Shown: one piece after another, positions 45,969 through 54,440 of the stretch | How positions within the stretch are numbered: position 1 is the stretch's first letter | How the letters are laid out: the number at the start of each line of letters is the position of its first letter | Sequence record: NZ_CP044066.1 | From: a plasmid | Direction: 5' to 3' (one strand) | Length of the DNA: 64,000 nucleotides | The notes under the pieces: generated by a model | What the model was told of the DNA's origin: nothing | The model's database searches: none | Seen by the model: only the letters and a program-made list of their open reading frames with translations | Program-made: the position numbers and the translations under genes

Positions 45969-46675
45969 TACGCCTGCGACTTTTGGATGCTGAAGAAAAC
46001 GGGATAGATGCCGAACGGATTCGTGCCGAGCACGGCATCGCTGGTCGGCGGCTTGACCTGATAGCGGAACGTAATGGCGTAGCGCTGCCTGCGCGGCTTG
46101 TAGCCGTCCTCGCTGGTGGAGGTCACGAACTCCACGGCGACCGTGCTGTCCGGCAGGACGGCGATGTTCAGAATCTTCGGCTCGCGCACAAGCGTGGGCG
46201 AGGTGATGACCTGACGGATCGGCTGATCGTCGTCCACCCATTCCTGAAACTGCTGGCGGCCTGACCCGACCATTTGCTCGCGCACGGAGCGCAGGTTCTG
46301 CGCAATGCGGGAGCGCTCGACGTCCGTGCTCAGGATCGGCTCGATCGTGAACCAGCGCGTGACCAGATCCTTGAACGCCCACTTCAGGGCGAGATCGTCT
46401 GGACGGTAGTCGGTCAACTCGCGCACGAACGGCTTGCCCGTGGCGTCGGCGGATACCCCAACCGTCTTCACCACCGATGGCGGCGACTCGCGCGTCATGA
46501 TCGCCGCGAATGCAATGAACCCGATCCCAAGCGTTGCGATCTTCCAGTGATTGCGCTCGACGGCCAGTCGCGTCGTGCGATCAAAGATGACCTGCTCGGG
46601 GTTCTCGTCGGCGTACATCCCCGGCGCGACGCTCAGAGGTTTGGCCTTGTCGGATTTCTTGGTGAACAGACGCAT
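45968..46675 (-). CDS. virB8: VirB8/TrbF
   Basis: A bitopic protein with an N-terminal TM segment, an NTF2-like domain, and a C-terminal ...LGTNPFGIYPVFFS motif. Confidence 0.75.
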   Translation of the reverse strand: MRLFTKKSDKAKPLSVAPGMYADENPEQVIFDRTTRLAVERNHWKIATLGIGFIAFAAIMTRESPPSVVKTVGVSADATGKPFVRELTDYRPDDLALKWAFKDLVTRWFTIEPILSTDVERSRIAQNLRSVREQMVGSGRQQFQEWVDDDQPIRQVITSPTLVREPKILNIAVLPDSTVAVEFVTSTSEDGYKPRRQRYAITFRYQVKPPTSDAVLGTNPFGIYPVFFSIQKSQA

Positions 46676-46732
46676 GCGGCTTTCCTGTTGGATGCCGCTA
46701 ATTGGAACAGCTAACCACGCGTCGTAGAGGGC

Positions 46733-46763
46733 GAAAAGCTATGCGATTTTGCGGAGCTTTTTG
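46733..46763. repeat. Left arm of a 28-bp inverted repeat flanking the T4SS divergent control region
   Basis: GAAAAGCTATGCGATTTTGCGGAGCTTT has its reverse-complement partner at 47117..47148, matching 27 of 28 bases. Confidence 0.6.
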
Positions 46764-46872
46764 CGATTCTTGCTTCGCCTCGCTGCACTCGATGAGCGCG
46801 GGTCACGGAGTCGAACCGCCTATCGACGAAGCATGAAGCCGCTAGAGAAGGCTCCTTTGTTACATCTCAATC

Positions 46873-46940
46873 CAGAAAGCTCACCAATTTATGTCGTGTT
46901 TCTGCGGAAATAGGTCGAGCATGCTCGAACTTTCCAGGCT
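46873..46940. repeat. Repeated regulatory element, copy c (perfect palindrome TCGAGCATGCTCGA at 46915..46928)
   Basis: GAAAGCTCACCAATTTATGTCGTGTTTCTGCGGAAATAGGTCGAGCATGCTCGAACTTTCCAGGC lies between the divergent virB8 and virB11 operons. Confidence 0.7.
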
Positions 46941-47116
46941 AAACGTCACATTTATTGGTGGCCCGCTTGCTGTGCGCACTGATCAAAGAGAAGGAAGACC
47001 GAGCAGAACGAGTTCGCTCGTTTGCTCTCGATCGCGGGCGGCCATTGCAGACGCTCTGGCATGGTGTCTCATCGTGGCATCAAATCCGCGCATACGCCCG
47101 TCGTAGCCGATAAACC

Positions 47117-47148
47117 GAGAAAGCTCCTCAAAATCGCATAGCTTTCCG
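47117..47148. repeat. Right arm of the 28-bp inverted repeat
   Basis: GAGAAAGCTCCTCAAAATCGCATAGCTTTCC is the reverse complement of the left arm. Confidence 0.6.
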
Positions 47149-47186
47149 GACTCCACGCGAGCCCGCGGCCGCCAACAATAGCGGGC

Positions 47187-48236
47187 ATGGATTCCTCTGC
47201 CAATCACCCGCTCCTGCAGCTCAGTCAACTCGAAGAGAGTGCCGTCGGCATGTTCTTCGAATCGCTGGCGCCCATCCGTGAGCACATGACCGCGCCGGAC
47301 GTGGCCGAAGTCATGATCAATCGCCACGACAACGTATGGGTAGAGCGGCGTGGCGTCATGACTCGGCTGGAAGTCAGCATCGAGCCCGCAAAACTCGAAG
47401 GTGCCATCCGATCGCTTGCCTCCTCGGTACAGAAATCCGCGGTGCGCGGCACGTCGCAGGGAATTATCAACGCTGGCCACAAGGGTCTGCGTATCGCCGC
47501 AGTCATGGCGCCCACCGCCATCGGCGGCCATGCGCTGAGCATTCGCCGGCATCAGGAACGCAATCTGTCCCTCAAGGACTACGTCGCGGCCGGCGCCTTC
47601 TCTGCCAGGCACGCCCGGCAGGTCGATACCGATCGTCCCATCTTCTCCGGACCGGTCGAGGACGAGTCCCTGATGGAGGCGCTGTCGCAGCTCGTGAGAC
47701 AGCGCAAGAACATTCTCGTCGCAGGCGGCACGTCGTCCGGCAAGACCACCTTCCTGAACGCACTGGTCGAGGTGATTCCAGGCGAGGAGCGCGTGCTGAC
47801 GATCGAAGACACACAGGAACTGAAGCCGCGCGTCCCCAATCTCGTCCGCCTGCTGTCAAACACCGACAAGGGGGTCAGCACCCAGCAACTCGTGGCACTG
47901 TCGCTGCGCTTTCGCCCCGATCGCATCCTCGTCGGCGAGGTACGGGGCGGCGAAGCGTACGACATGCTCCAGGCCTTCAACACCGGTCATGACGGCGGCA
48001 TGGGATCGCTTCACGCACCCAATGCGCGCGCCGCCCTCTCCCGCCTCGAGAGCATGGCCCTTCTCGGGATTCCGCCGGGCTCCGGCTGGAAGGTCGAAGA
48101 CATGCGCAAACTCGTCGCCGACTGCATCCATTACGTCATCCACATGAAGCGCACCGGCGAGATGCGCCATGTCTCCGAAATCATCGAAGTCAAAGGCATC
48201 CGCGGCAACGAATACGTTGTCGAGCGCGTTTTTTAA
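47187..48236 (+). CDS. virB11: VirB11-like secretion ATPase
   Basis: Walker A NILVAGGTSSGKTTFLNAL; motifs RILVGEVRGGEAYDMLQAFNTGHDG and LHAPNARAALSRLE. Confidence 0.9.
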   Translation: MDSSANHPLLQLSQLEESAVGMFFESLAPIREHMTAPDVAEVMINRHDNVWVERRGVMTRLEVSIEPAKLEGAIRSLASSVQKSAVRGTSQGIINAGHKGLRIAAVMAPTAIGGHALSIRRHQERNLSLKDYVAAGAFSARHARQVDTDRPIFSGPVEDESLMEALSQLVRQRKNILVAGGTSSGKTTFLNALVEVIPGEERVLTIEDTQELKPRVPNLVRLLSNTDKGVSTQQLVALSLRFRPDRILVGEVRGGEAYDMLQAFNTGHDGGMGSLHAPNARAALSRLESMALLGIPPGSGWKVEDMRKLVADCIHYVIHMKRTGEMRHVSEIIEVKGIRGNEYVVERVF

Positions 48237-48255
48237 CCAACGGAGTATTTACCGC

Positions 48256-48600
48256 ATGTCTCTTCTGTCCAACGTCCGCGCGTCGGTCGCGCGCAAGCCA
48301 GTGCAGCAGGCGCTCGCGATGACCGGTCTGATGGCCATCGCCGGTTCAGCTGCTGCCGCAGAACTCGCCGCACTTTCGTCGCTCGGCGAATTTATCTGCG
48401 GCATTGCCACCTTCATCAATACGAAGTACCTGTTCGTCGCGGGTCTCATTCTCATCGTGCTGGGCGCGGTCGGTATCGCCAACTCCGAGTCGACCATCAT
48501 GAAGTTCGTCTCCGTGATCTGTATCGGCGTCGGCCTTGCCGCAGCAGCACCGTCGATCATGACGGTCCTCGGCGTCGCGAAGGCCTGCTCGGGCATCTGA
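48256..48600 (+). CDS. virB2: VirB2/TrbC-like pilin
   Basis: A long signal/leader, then two hydrophobic helices: ...FVAGLILIVLGAVGIANSESTIMKFVSVICIGVGLAAAAPSIMTVLG. Confidence 0.65.
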   Translation: MSLLSNVRASVARKPVQQALAMTGLMAIAGSAAAAELAALSSLGEFICGIATFINTKYLFVAGLILIVLGAVGIANSESTIMKFVSVICIGVGLAAAAPSIMTVLGVAKACSGI

Positions 48601-48601
48601 C

Positions 48602-48931
48602 ATGCGCAAGCATCACGTCAGCATCGGGCTCTCACGGCCACGCCAGATCGGCGGGGCGGTACGCGGCCTCGCCATCGCCAACGGCACCATCGTCGCGCTA
48701 CTGGTGTACGTGACGTTCCGCAGCGGCTGGAAGATCCCGGTGGCTGTCGTGCTGATGGGCATGGCCTTCCATGCGCTGCTGCGCTGGCTCACCTCGCGCG
48801 ACCCGTGGTGGAACCAGATTCTTAGCGTCTACAACACCTATGGTGACGTGTACGAGTCGCGGCCGTGGCACGGCAAGCTCCACTCGCTGTTCCGTCGCCC
48901 CTACGGCTTTGACAGCGACCTGCCATGCTGA
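48602..48931 (+). CDS. virB3: VirB3
   Basis: The VirB3 pattern is RGLAIANGTIVALLVYVTF...VAVVLMGMAFHALLRWLTSRDP. It overlaps the virB4 start. Confidence 0.7.
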   Translation: MRKHHVSIGLSRPRQIGGAVRGLAIANGTIVALLVYVTFRSGWKIPVAVVLMGMAFHALLRWLTSRDPWWNQILSVYNTYGDVYESRPWHGKLHSLFRRPYGFDSDLPC

Positions 48932-51381
48932 AGATCAATCGCCGCCCGCTCTATGAAGTGGCGCCATGGCTCACATCCATTACCCCCGAGCTCATCCTGA
49001 ACAAGGATGGTTCGCTGCTCGCGAACTTCGAGTTCCAGGGCGTGGATGCAGACAGCCCGAACAGCGGCGATATCGAATCGGCGCGCAATCAGCTGGATCA
49101 GGCGTGCAAGTCGTTCGACAACCGCATCACGGCGTGGTGGAAGCTCAGTCATCGCCGCGCACACGGCTACGTCGATGGGGAGTTTGCGGAAGCCGCGGAC
49201 GCCCGCCTCGACGTCCTTAACAAGGCACACCTCACATCCGGGAAGTATTTCCGGAACGCGCATTCGCTGGCAATCGCCTACACCCCGGAGACCGGCGTCG
49301 CGAAGTTTTTCGACAAGGTCGGGCATCACATGACTGTCGGCGGCAAGTCCGTCTACGCGTCGATCTTTGAGGCGACGAAGGATACCGTATTCGCCCGGAG
49401 CGCCTTCGCCTTCGACTTGGAGAAGATGCAGGCGGACACCCGGCGCTTCGAAGCGATGATCGACGCGTTCAGCGGCGGTGTCCCGCGTCTCAAGCTCAAC
49501 CGCCTCGCTATGCAGGACAGCTACGCGGCGCTGCACCAGGCGGCCAATCCGAGCGTGCCGCCCCGCCGTATCCGGTATCCAGTCACACTGCTCGACACCC
49601 ACCTCACGGAATCGGAAGTGACGGTCGGTGCGGAACGCCTGCTCTTCGAGTCGGCACACGGCAAGCGCTATGCCGGCATCGTGTCCGTCAAGGAATGGCT
49701 CTCCTTTCAGGAAGCAGCGCTGGACAGCCTCATGCAGATCGATGCCGAGCTCGACGTCTGCATCATGTTCCGCTTCCTCGACACCGCGCGGGCCTCGGCC
49801 TACATCGAAAAGGTACGCCGCTTCTACAAGATGGCGGCGCTCAATGTGGGAGCCATTCTCAAGCAGTACTTCGGCAAGGAAGAGCCGGAGAACGACGAAG
49901 GCCGCGAGGAGCTTGCCAAGGAGGCTGGCTTCGCTCTCAAGCGCCTGACCGCCGAAGGCACGCAGCACGGCTTCGCCAACATCTCCATCATCGTCTACGG
50001 CGAGACAGAAGCCGAATGCGAAGACGCGATCAGCGAAGTCGTCGGAGCCCTGACCAACGCGGGGTTCGGCGCGATCCGAGAGAAGGCCAATCTCATGCCC
50101 GCATGGAACAGCACCCTGCCCGGCCGCTGGGACAAGCAGCGGCGCCTGCAGTTCGTCGAAACCCCTGCTGTATCGGATATCGCGCCGGTGTGCTCGGTCA
50201 TGCCGGGCCCCACGCGCAACAACTGGCTGTCCGAGAAGGCGGGGCGAGACGTGCCACCGCTCACCTGTTTGCCTACCCGCCACAAGACTGCGCAGCGCGT
50301 CGACCTTCACCAGCCAGGCGGCAACGGGCACCTGCTCGTGATCGGTCCGATTGGCGCCGGCAAGACTGTGTTCCTGAACTTCCTCTTGTCGCAGGCAGGC
50401 CGCCACGGCGCGCGTCGGATCCGTTTCGACAAGGATCGTTCGACGCGCATTCCCACGCTGCTCGGCGGCGGCGCATTCGTGGATGTCACCGGAAAATTCC
50501 AGACCGCAACACACGTCAACCCGCTCTCGCTACTTGGTGACCCAACCAACTTCACCTATGTCACGGAGTGGGTGACGTTGGCGCTCGAGGACGAGAACTT
50601 CTCCCTCTCGCCACAGCAGACGCAGGATGTCTTCGAGGCGGTGAAGATCCTTTCGACCTACAGCCCCGAGCTGTGGACGCTGGGCAATCTCTCCACGCAA
50701 TTGCACGACGAGCTACGCGATCGATTGCAGATCTGGATCAAGGGCGGCCAGTACGGCCACTTCTTCGACCATGCCGACGACGCCTTTGCAGTCAGCGACA
50801 ACCTGTCCATCGAGATGGGCGACCTGTTCGAGAAGTATCCCCGCGCGGCCGCCCTCTTCGTCGACTACGCCTTCTATCGCATCAGCCAGTCCATGGACGG
50901 CCTGCGCTACACGATCATCGAAGTGGAAGAAGCGGGCTTCTTCTTCCAGCACCCGCGTTTCTACAAGCGGCTCGAGACGTGGATCACCACGATCCGAAAG
51001 CTCAACGGCGCCATCTGGATGGCAACGCAGTCGCTGCGCCAGGTAGAGCGCATTCCGGACTTCGAGATTCTGAAGGACAACGTCGGCAATCTGATTTACC
51101 TGCCCAACAGTCAGGCCAACACGAGCAAGGACCTTTACAAAGACAAGTTCGGCCTTACCGACGACCAGATTCAGATGATCAATGACGCCGTTCCGAACCG
51201 CGACTATCTCTGGATCACGCGTTCGCAGACCCGCATGCTTCAGAGCACGTTCTCCGAGGAGATGGTCGCCATGCTCCGATCGGATGGCGTCGCGCAGGCC
51301 ATCCTCGATCGTCATCACGCGTCCGGTCACGCCGACTGGCAGCAACACTACGTGCGCGAGATGCTCTCGCGCGTCGCCTAA
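48925..51381 (+). CDS. virB4: VirB4 (TrbE/CagE family ATPase)
   Basis: 818 aa. Walker A LVIGPIGAGKTVFLNFLL; Walker B/DExx IIEVEEAG; the C-terminal motifs are conserved. Confidence 0.92.
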   Translation: MLKINRRPLYEVAPWLTSITPELILNKDGSLLANFEFQGVDADSPNSGDIESARNQLDQACKSFDNRITAWWKLSHRRAHGYVDGEFAEAADARLDVLNKAHLTSGKYFRNAHSLAIAYTPETGVAKFFDKVGHHMTVGGKSVYASIFEATKDTVFARSAFAFDLEKMQADTRRFEAMIDAFSGGVPRLKLNRLAMQDSYAALHQAANPSVPPRRIRYPVTLLDTHLTESEVTVGAERLLFESAHGKRYAGIVSVKEWLSFQEAALDSLMQIDAELDVCIMFRFLDTARASAYIEKVRRFYKMAALNVGAILKQYFGKEEPENDEGREELAKEAGFALKRLTAEGTQHGFANISIIVYGETEAECEDAISEVVGALTNAGFGAIREKANLMPAWNSTLPGRWDKQRRLQFVETPAVSDIAPVCSVMPGPTRNNWLSEKAGRDVPPLTCLPTRHKTAQRVDLHQPGGNGHLLVIGPIGAGKTVFLNFLLSQAGRHGARRIRFDKDRSTRIPTLLGGGAFVDVTGKFQTATHVNPLSLLGDPTNFTYVTEWVTLALEDENFSLSPQQTQDVFEAVKILSTYSPELWTLGNLSTQLHDELRDRLQIWIKGGQYGHFFDHADDAFAVSDNLSIEMGDLFEKYPRAAALFVDYAFYRISQSMDGLRYTIIEVEEAGFFFQHPRFYKRLETWITTIRKLNGAIWMATQSLRQVERIPDFEILKDNVGNLIYLPNSQANTSKDLYKDKFGLTDDQIQMINDAVPNRDYLWITRSQTRMLQSTFSEEMVAMLRSDGVAQAILDRHHASGHADWQQHYVREMLSRVA

Positions 51382-51394
51382 GGAGATGCAGCAA

Positions 51395-52132
51395 ATGAAA
51401 AAGTGGATCATCAAGGCCGCAGCAGCCGCCTCCCTGACGTTCAGCTCTCTGGCGCACGCGGGCGGCATGCCAGTCATCGACTGGGTCAATCTTGTCCAGA
51501 ACACCATGACCGCCCTGCAGTCGGTGAAGGACGAGGTCTATCAGAACACCAACATCGTCTACCAGTACAAGATGATGGCGAATCAGCTCCTGCAATCGAC
51601 GGGGCTCGATGTCGCTGACCTTTCCGAGCAACTGGGGGCGTTGCGCAACGAGATCAGCAGCTACGAGGAGTACGGCAACACGCTGAAAGACCTGTACGGC
51701 GGTCTCTCCGGCAACACGGATTACCTCAACCGCGTGCAAAGCATGATGGTGTCGGCTGGCAAGTCGCCCGGCGAGTGGCTCGCCGATCAGGCATCGCTGC
51801 TGAGCAATGGCAACAAGACTGCCAAGAATCTTTTCAATCTCGGTGCATCAGTGTTCAAAAACACCGAGACGCTTGCAAAGCGTCGCGAGAAGATCCAGAA
51901 GCAGATGAAGCTGTCGCCTACGGCTCAGGCTACCGCGCAGACCACCAATCAGATGCTTGATGTCTTGGCGAGCCAGAACGCCGATCTTCTCCAGCTGATG
52001 AGCGCCAAGACGCAGTCGGACGCTGACAAGGATCAAAAGTCATTGGCTGTCCAGTCCGAGTCGACTGAGTTGGCGAAACAACTTCAGAGTGACCGTGAGT
52101 CGCAGCGTCAGAAGATTCTGGATCTGAAATGA
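51395..52132 (+). CDS. virB5: VirB5/TrbJ-like minor pilus component
   Basis: AGGAG RBS, signal peptide, a helical bundle of about 220 aa, and an ATGA overlap with virB6. Confidence 0.6.
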   Translation: MKKWIIKAAAAASLTFSSLAHAGGMPVIDWVNLVQNTMTALQSVKDEVYQNTNIVYQYKMMANQLLQSTGLDVADLSEQLGALRNEISSYEEYGNTLKDLYGGLSGNTDYLNRVQSMMVSAGKSPGEWLADQASLLSNGNKTAKNLFNLGASVFKNTETLAKRREKIQKQMKLSPTAQATAQTTNQMLDVLASQNADLLQLMSAKTQSDADKDQKSLAVQSESTELAKQLQSDRESQRQKILDLK

Positions 52133-53211
52133 CGAGTCAATCCATTGCCGCGTGGATCCGCACGGCGCTGGCGTCGATCGGCGTCCTGCTGTGCCTTGCC
52201 ACGACTCCGGCGCATGCGCAAGGTGCTCCATCTGGTGAGGGCAACAACAATTCCGCCGGCGGCGGCACTAGCGCCCCGCAGCAGATCGGCGCCGTATCCC
52301 GACCAGGCGACATCGGCGCGGGGGTCAAGAAGGCCCTCGCCGGGATGGACAGAATGCGGAACGGACTCATTTCTGGCGCTACAGCCCTTAGCGATCGTGT
52401 CCGTGTTGACGCGGACAAGGTGGCTTTCGGACTCGGCGTCATTGCGATCCTGCTCGCCGGCATCCGCTTTGCGTCGACAAACGATGCTGTCGCCGCATGG
52501 ACAGACATGATGGAAACAATACTCATCCTCGGCATCTTTACCGCGCTGTACATCGGCTACACCGACTTCGGTCCAGGCATCTTCGTTTGGTTCGACAAGA
52601 TCGCAACGAGCTTCAATGCCGGCGTCAGCGTCTACGACCTGCCTGCAACGCTAGCAAGCACGGGGGGGAAGTTCTATGACTCCATCGTGCGGATCCTTCA
52701 AGCCGCACTTGGCAATCCGCTTCGACTGATTGACGCCGTCGTCGCAGCATTCGCGTTCCTGCTCGCCATGCTAGCTGTCCTGTGCGCGGCCCTTATCTAT
52801 GCGTGGTTCATCCTAGTAGGACACCTCATGGTGGCAGTGGGCATCGCTATTGGGCCGTTGGCCGTCGCATTCGGAATGCTGGACCTTTCTCGCAAGTACT
52901 TTTTTGCCTGGCTCGACTATATGGTCACAGGTTCTATGTACATGGTGATAGCGGCGATCATTGCCCAGCTGGTCTCCAGCACGCTCCAAAGCACCGTGAC
53001 CGATATCACCAATGTCGGGACTGACACGACAGTTGCTGCCGCATATGCTCTCTCTGTCGCTGTTGTTCTCGTCTTCATTGCGATGGAGATTCCAAAGATC
53101 GCAGGTTCGATCTTCGGCACAGGTGGCGGGATCAGCGGCACTGGCGGCTTCAAGATACTCGGCCGCGGGGCGTGGAATCTCGGCAGTAAGCTTGCCGGCG
53201 GGAAGAAGTGA
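52129..53211 (+). CDS. virB6: VirB6/TrbL-like polytopic inner-membrane protein
   Basis: 360 aa with a signal peptide, 6 to 7 TM helices and a Gly-rich C-terminal tail (GTGGGISGTGG). Confidence 0.75.
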   Translation: MTSQSIAAWIRTALASIGVLLCLATTPAHAQGAPSGEGNNNSAGGGTSAPQQIGAVSRPGDIGAGVKKALAGMDRMRNGLISGATALSDRVRVDADKVAFGLGVIAILLAGIRFASTNDAVAAWTDMMETILILGIFTALYIGYTDFGPGIFVWFDKIATSFNAGVSVYDLPATLASTGGKFYDSIVRILQAALGNPLRLIDAVVAAFAFLLAMLAVLCAALIYAWFILVGHLMVAVGIAIGPLAVAFGMLDLSRKYFFAWLDYMVTGSMYMVIAAIIAQLVSSTLQSTVTDITNVGTDTTVAAAYALSVAVVLVFIAMEIPKIAGSIFGTGGGISGTGGFKILGRGAWNLGSKLAGGKK

Positions 53212-54440
53212 TGACACATACGTCGCACGCGCCCCTCCCAGAGCGCGAACTCATGTTCGCGCACAAGCCTCGTATCGATCTAATCCGCCAGTACGCCAAC
53301 GAATCGGAAGCCACGGCTTTCGACGCGAAATGGCTTGCGGTACTGACCGCGTGCGCGGATTGGTTTGGCTCCATGCCCCTTCGGCCCGACGAGCACGCGG
53401 AGCCCGGCGGCGCGCTGCGGGCTACCGTCGAGGCTGCGTACTACGCGATGCGGCTGTCCGGGGCGCAGAAGTTCGGTGCAGATCAGCCATCCGAGAGACG
53501 CCGGCTGCTGGAGCCGCAGTATCTATATGCCCTCTTCCTCGCAGCCGCGTGCTCCCGGCTTGACGAACCATGCCGACATTTCCAGTTCTTTCGGGATAGC
53601 GACGGCCAAGAGTGGATCCCGGCCGCGCACGGCGGTTTCGGCGTTTGGCTGGGCGACAGCACCTACCAGGTCAGGCGCCGGGAGCAATCCACGCCCGTCG
53701 AGCGGATGAGGACGGCTCTGCTGGCCCGCGAGATTCTCGGTGCCGAGCGACTCGCACGCTTTGATCCCGTCGTGCTCTCCGACCTTTTCGGCGCCATCAA
53801 TCCAGACCCGCGGCCCGCCGGCGTCGAGACGCTCCTGCACAAGGTGGCGAGGCAGGCGGTCGAGACGGTCACACAATTTGAAGTCAAGGCACGTCGGGCC
53901 GCCTTCTCGCCTGATGCAACCCCTGCGCCGACCGCTGCCGCCCTCGCAGCCTTCGGCATCAAGGACCAGGCTCAAGTCTCGTCGATTGCCCCTGCCATCG
54001 ACGATGGCGGCACCAAGACTGTTGTTGCGAGTGCGCAGTTGCCTCATGCGCCCGCGCCGACGACCGAGGTGGCAGCAATACCCCACGCAGAGAAGCCCAA
54101 AGCGTCTGCGCTACCCGTGGACGCCGTTCGACCAACAGCCAAGGCGGTCGCTGCCGACCCGTTTGCCGAAGCACTGGCGGGCACATCCAATCTTATGCGC
54201 GACTTCTTCCGCGCGCTCTCTCAGGATGTTGCCGCCGGCAAGACGAAGGTCTCGTGGGTCGAGAACAAGCTCGCGATCAGCAAGCGGATGATCGGCAACT
54301 ATGGCATGGCGTCTGAATCCCTCGTCGAGAACCTGCGGAAGTTCAGCCTGCTCTACAAGGTCGTCGGCTCGGACATCCTGCTCGTCGACAAGGTCGCCGG
54401 GCTCATCGCCGAGCGCCCCGTCAATTCAGAAGGACCGTGA
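53208..54440 (+). CDS. Hypothetical transfer-region protein between virB6 and virD4 (relaxase/accessory candidate; no HD or 3-His relaxase motif recognised)
   Basis: 410 aa. It is translationally coupled to virB6 and virD4, and has a Pro/Ala-rich middle linker. Confidence 0.4.
   Translation: MMTHTSHAPLPERELMFAHKPRIDLIRQYANESEATAFDAKWLAVLTACADWFGSMPLRPDEHAEPGGALRATVEAAYYAMRLSGAQKFGADQPSERRRLLEPQYLYALFLAAACSRLDEPCRHFQFFRDSDGQEWIPAAHGGFGVWLGDSTYQVRRREQSTPVERMRTALLAREILGAERLARFDPVVLSDLFGAINPDPRPAGVETLLHKVARQAVETVTQFEVKARRAAFSPDATPAPTAAALAAFGIKDQAQVSSIAPAIDDGGTKTVVASAQLPHAPAPTTEVAAIPHAEKPKASALPVDAVRPTAKAVAADPFAEALAGTSNLMRDFFRALSQDVAAGKTKVSWVENKLAISKRMIGNYGMASESLVENLRKFSLLYKVVGSDILLVDKVAGLIAERPVNSEGP

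Noticed and set aside
46795-46830. tRNA-like 3' fragment (GGTTCGA-like T-loop, reverse complement of GGAGTCGAACCGCC) that could mark an att site
   Set aside because: No 5-bp T-stem or acceptor stem can be folded around it, so the resemblance is limited to a 7-nt loop-like motif.
53208-54440. MobH (TraI_2) relaxase call for the protein between virB6 and virD4
   Set aside because: No HD, HxDxD or HxH metal-binding motifs and no catalytic Tyr context could be recognised. It is kept as hypothetical and flagged only as a candidate.
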